The position numbers and the translations under genes were made by a program. The notes under the pieces were generated by a model. The model did not search any database, was not told the DNA's origin, and saw only the letters and a list, made by a program, of their open reading frames with translations. A DNA stretch of 46,007 nucleotides from an uncultured Gemmatimonadota bacterium (GTDB taxonomy: Bacteria; Blakebacterota; Blakebacteria; Blakebacterales; Blakebacteraceae), in assembly GCA_964576115.1 (NCBI GenBank), contig CAZNUA010000028.1, positions 1 through 46,007 on the forward strand, written 5' to 3'. Shown here piece by piece: positions 44,020 through 46,007 of the stretch. Position 1 is the stretch's first letter. Every line of letters begins with the position of its first letter.

Positions 44020-46007
44020 ATGAGCGGGAAACGAATCCTTCGGGCAGCCTCGCTGATCAGTGCGGTGGCGATCATCATCGCCAGCTGTGTCGAGATTCCC
44101 ACCGAGGAACCGACCGGTATCAATCCGCTGGAATTCCAGGACGTGCCGTTGTACGTCGCAGCCGACGGTCTCAGCTCGGTCGAGGTGACGACGACCGTGG
44201 TCAACACAGACGGAGTCCGTCTGCCCAACGTTCCCGTCACCTTCACGGCGACCCTGGGAACATTGCTCAAATCGACGGTCCTCACCGACTCCAGCGGTAT
44301 CGCCTCCACGTCCCTGATCAGTATCGAAAGCACCGTCGACACGACCAGTTACGTCACCGCCGCCATCCTGGACTCGAGCTATGTCATCTCTCCCCGGACC
44401 GGAATCCACGATCCGCTTCCGGCCGTACCCGCCGATGCCGTGGCGATCATCTCCTCCGGACAGCTCACCGACGAAGAGCTCGAAACCAGGCTGCACCTGC
44501 TGCTGCTCCAGCAGGCCCGGGACAACGCCCGTGAACGCCGTCAGGGCATGAGCGCCCTGCTGGGCGAACCGGAAGGAGGCCATGCGGCCGGAGACGAGAG
44601 GACCGCAGCCGAACAGCTGACGGTGATCTTCGAAGGGGTCGAGATCCTCCTGAGTTCGAACAAGTCCCAACTGCCGGCTGACGGACTCTCGAAAGCCACC
44701 ATCGCCGCCCAGGTCCGCACCGTGACGCGCCGGATCGCCGTTCCCGACGCCCGCCTGCAGTTCGCCGCCGAGCAGGGTCAGATCACCGCCACGTCCACGA
44801 CCGATGACAACGGCAACGCCAGCGCCACTTTTACCGCCGCCGTTACTCCCTCGGGATCCGATACCATCACCGCCCGGCTGGGGAACACCCTTTCCTCCGA
44901 ACTGATCCAGACCTACGTCCAGCCGGTGCTCTCGATCTCCTCGGACGCTTCGACACTGCCGGCCGACAATAATTCGACCACCAACGTGCGCGCCCGCCTG
45001 CTCACCCCCGGCGGCCTGCCGATCCAGGGCGCCCAGGTCGATTTCAGCCTCACCGGCCCCGGTGACGTGTCCATTACGGTGCAGGGAGCCACGAATGCCA
45101 ACGGCGAGGCGATCGCTGTTGTCAAGGCCGGTCAGACCTCGGGAACGGTGACCGTCACCGCCGCCTTCAGCCAGCTCTCCGAGTCGACTTCGGTCGAGAT
45201 ACTCGGTTTGAATGTGACCCTGTCGGCGTCAAAGAGCACCATTCTGGCCAACGGCAACTCCACGACCGATATCATCCTGGTCGCCAAAACCCAGAACACC
45301 AATGTGGCCGTGGTGGGCAAGACGGTTACCTTCGCCAGTGATCTGGGCACCATCCAGGCCACGACCACCACCAATTCTTCGGGAATCGCGCGGGCGACCC
45401 TGACCTCGGGCACCACCGCCGGGACCGCCACCATCACCGCCACGGTGGGCAACATCACCCGCACGACCACGGTCAGCATGATCGCCGTCGATGCCCAGCT
45501 GACCCTTGAACCGTCAACGACCTCTATTCTGCGTGACGGCCAGAGCACGTCCGTTATCACCGTCACTGTTACCGATAACGAGAACCAGCCTCTCTCGAAC
45601 AGGAGTGTCGCCTGGTCGCTGGCCGCCGGAACGGGATCTCTGAGTACCGTCAGCGGAACGACCAATGCCCAGGGCCAGACCTCGGTCACCTTCCGGGCCG
45701 ATGCCGCCGACTCCCTGGACGGAAGCGGCACGATTCAGGCGTCAGCGGAGGGGAACAGCGCCACGACCGTTGTCTCTGTGCGCGGCATCAGCCTCGCGAT
45801 CTCCTCGAACAAGGGTTCGATCATCGCCGACGGCAGCGACGCCGCCACGATCACCCTGCAGGCCACCGAGACGACCTCCGGGATTCCCCTGGTCGGGAAG
45901 AGTATCGCCTTCGCCACCAGCCGCGGATCGATAACGGCTTCGGCCGTGACCGGCTCGACCGGAGAAGCGACGGCGACCCTGAGCGCCGCCAGTGCCGGAA
46001 CGGCAAC
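44020..46007 (+). CDS. Invasin/intimin-type Big_1 Ig-like repeat lipoprotein (runs off the window)
   Basis: Not in the ORF track; MSGKRILRAASLISAVAIIIASC lipobox, then repeated 'L.ADG.S...I......V.F....G......TD..G.A' units. Confidence 0.88.
   Translation, partial: MSGKRILRAASLISAVAIIIASCVEIPTEEPTGINPLEFQDVPLYVAADGLSSVEVTTTVVNTDGVRLPNVPVTFTATLGTLLKSTVLTDSSGIASTSLISIESTVDTTSYVTAAILDSSYVISPRTGIHDPLPAVPADAVAIISSGQLTDEELETRLHLLLLQQARDNARERRQGMSALLGEPEGGHAAGDERTAAEQLTVIFEGVEILLSSNKSQLPADGLSKATIAAQVRTVTRRIAVPDARLQFAAEQGQITATSTTDDNGNASATFTAAVTPSGSDTITARLGNTLSSELIQTYVQPVLSISSDASTLPADNNSTTNVRARLLTPGGLPIQGAQVDFSLTGPGDVSITVQGATNANGEAIAVVKAGQTSGTVTVTAAFSQLSESTSVEILGLNVTLSASKSTILANGNSTTDIILVAKTQNTNVAVVGKTVTFASDLGTIQATTTTNSSGIARATLTSGTTAGTATITATVGNITRTTTVSMIAVDAQLTLEPSTTSILRDGQSTSVITVTVTDNENQPLSNRSVAWSLAAGTGSLSTVSGTTNAQGQTSVTFRADAADSLDGSGTIQASAEGNSATTVVSVRGISLAISSNKGSIIADGSDAATITLQATETTSGIPLVGKSIAFATSRGSITASAVTGSTGEATATLSAASAGTA

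Overview
GC-rich bacterial chromosomal segment. Bacterial markers include a sigma54 two-component system, an ECF sigma/anti-sigma pair, LepB, DsbD, lipoproteins and a FlgD-Ig/'NYPNPFNP' tail; the last suggests an FCB-type or candidate-phylum diderm, which is an inference only. Most of the window is housekeeping or accessory genes: fbp, AlaX, purC, peptidases, a MutY-like glycosylase, an MtaD/MtnA/MTI-phosphorylase salvage cluster, rubredoxin, tRNA-Ala(CGC) and a Big_1 adhesin. Two things stand out. (1) An intact, translationally coupled, compositionally host-like gatD-gatE operon (15675-19009) encodes the Glu-tRNA(Gln) amidotransferase that is classically an archaeal signature enzyme. (2) A PafB/PafC-like WYL pair is followed directly by an unannotated, highly structured ~160-nt minus-strand RNA candidate with a long G-U-rich stem and a CU-rich loop. 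The window also has a ~2 kb AT-rich islet carrying a protease propeptide fused directly to a sorting tail, an M61 peptidase homolog lacking HEXXH, and several in-frame 18/24-bp tandem duplications. All calls come from reading the sequence by eye; no searches or folding programs were run.
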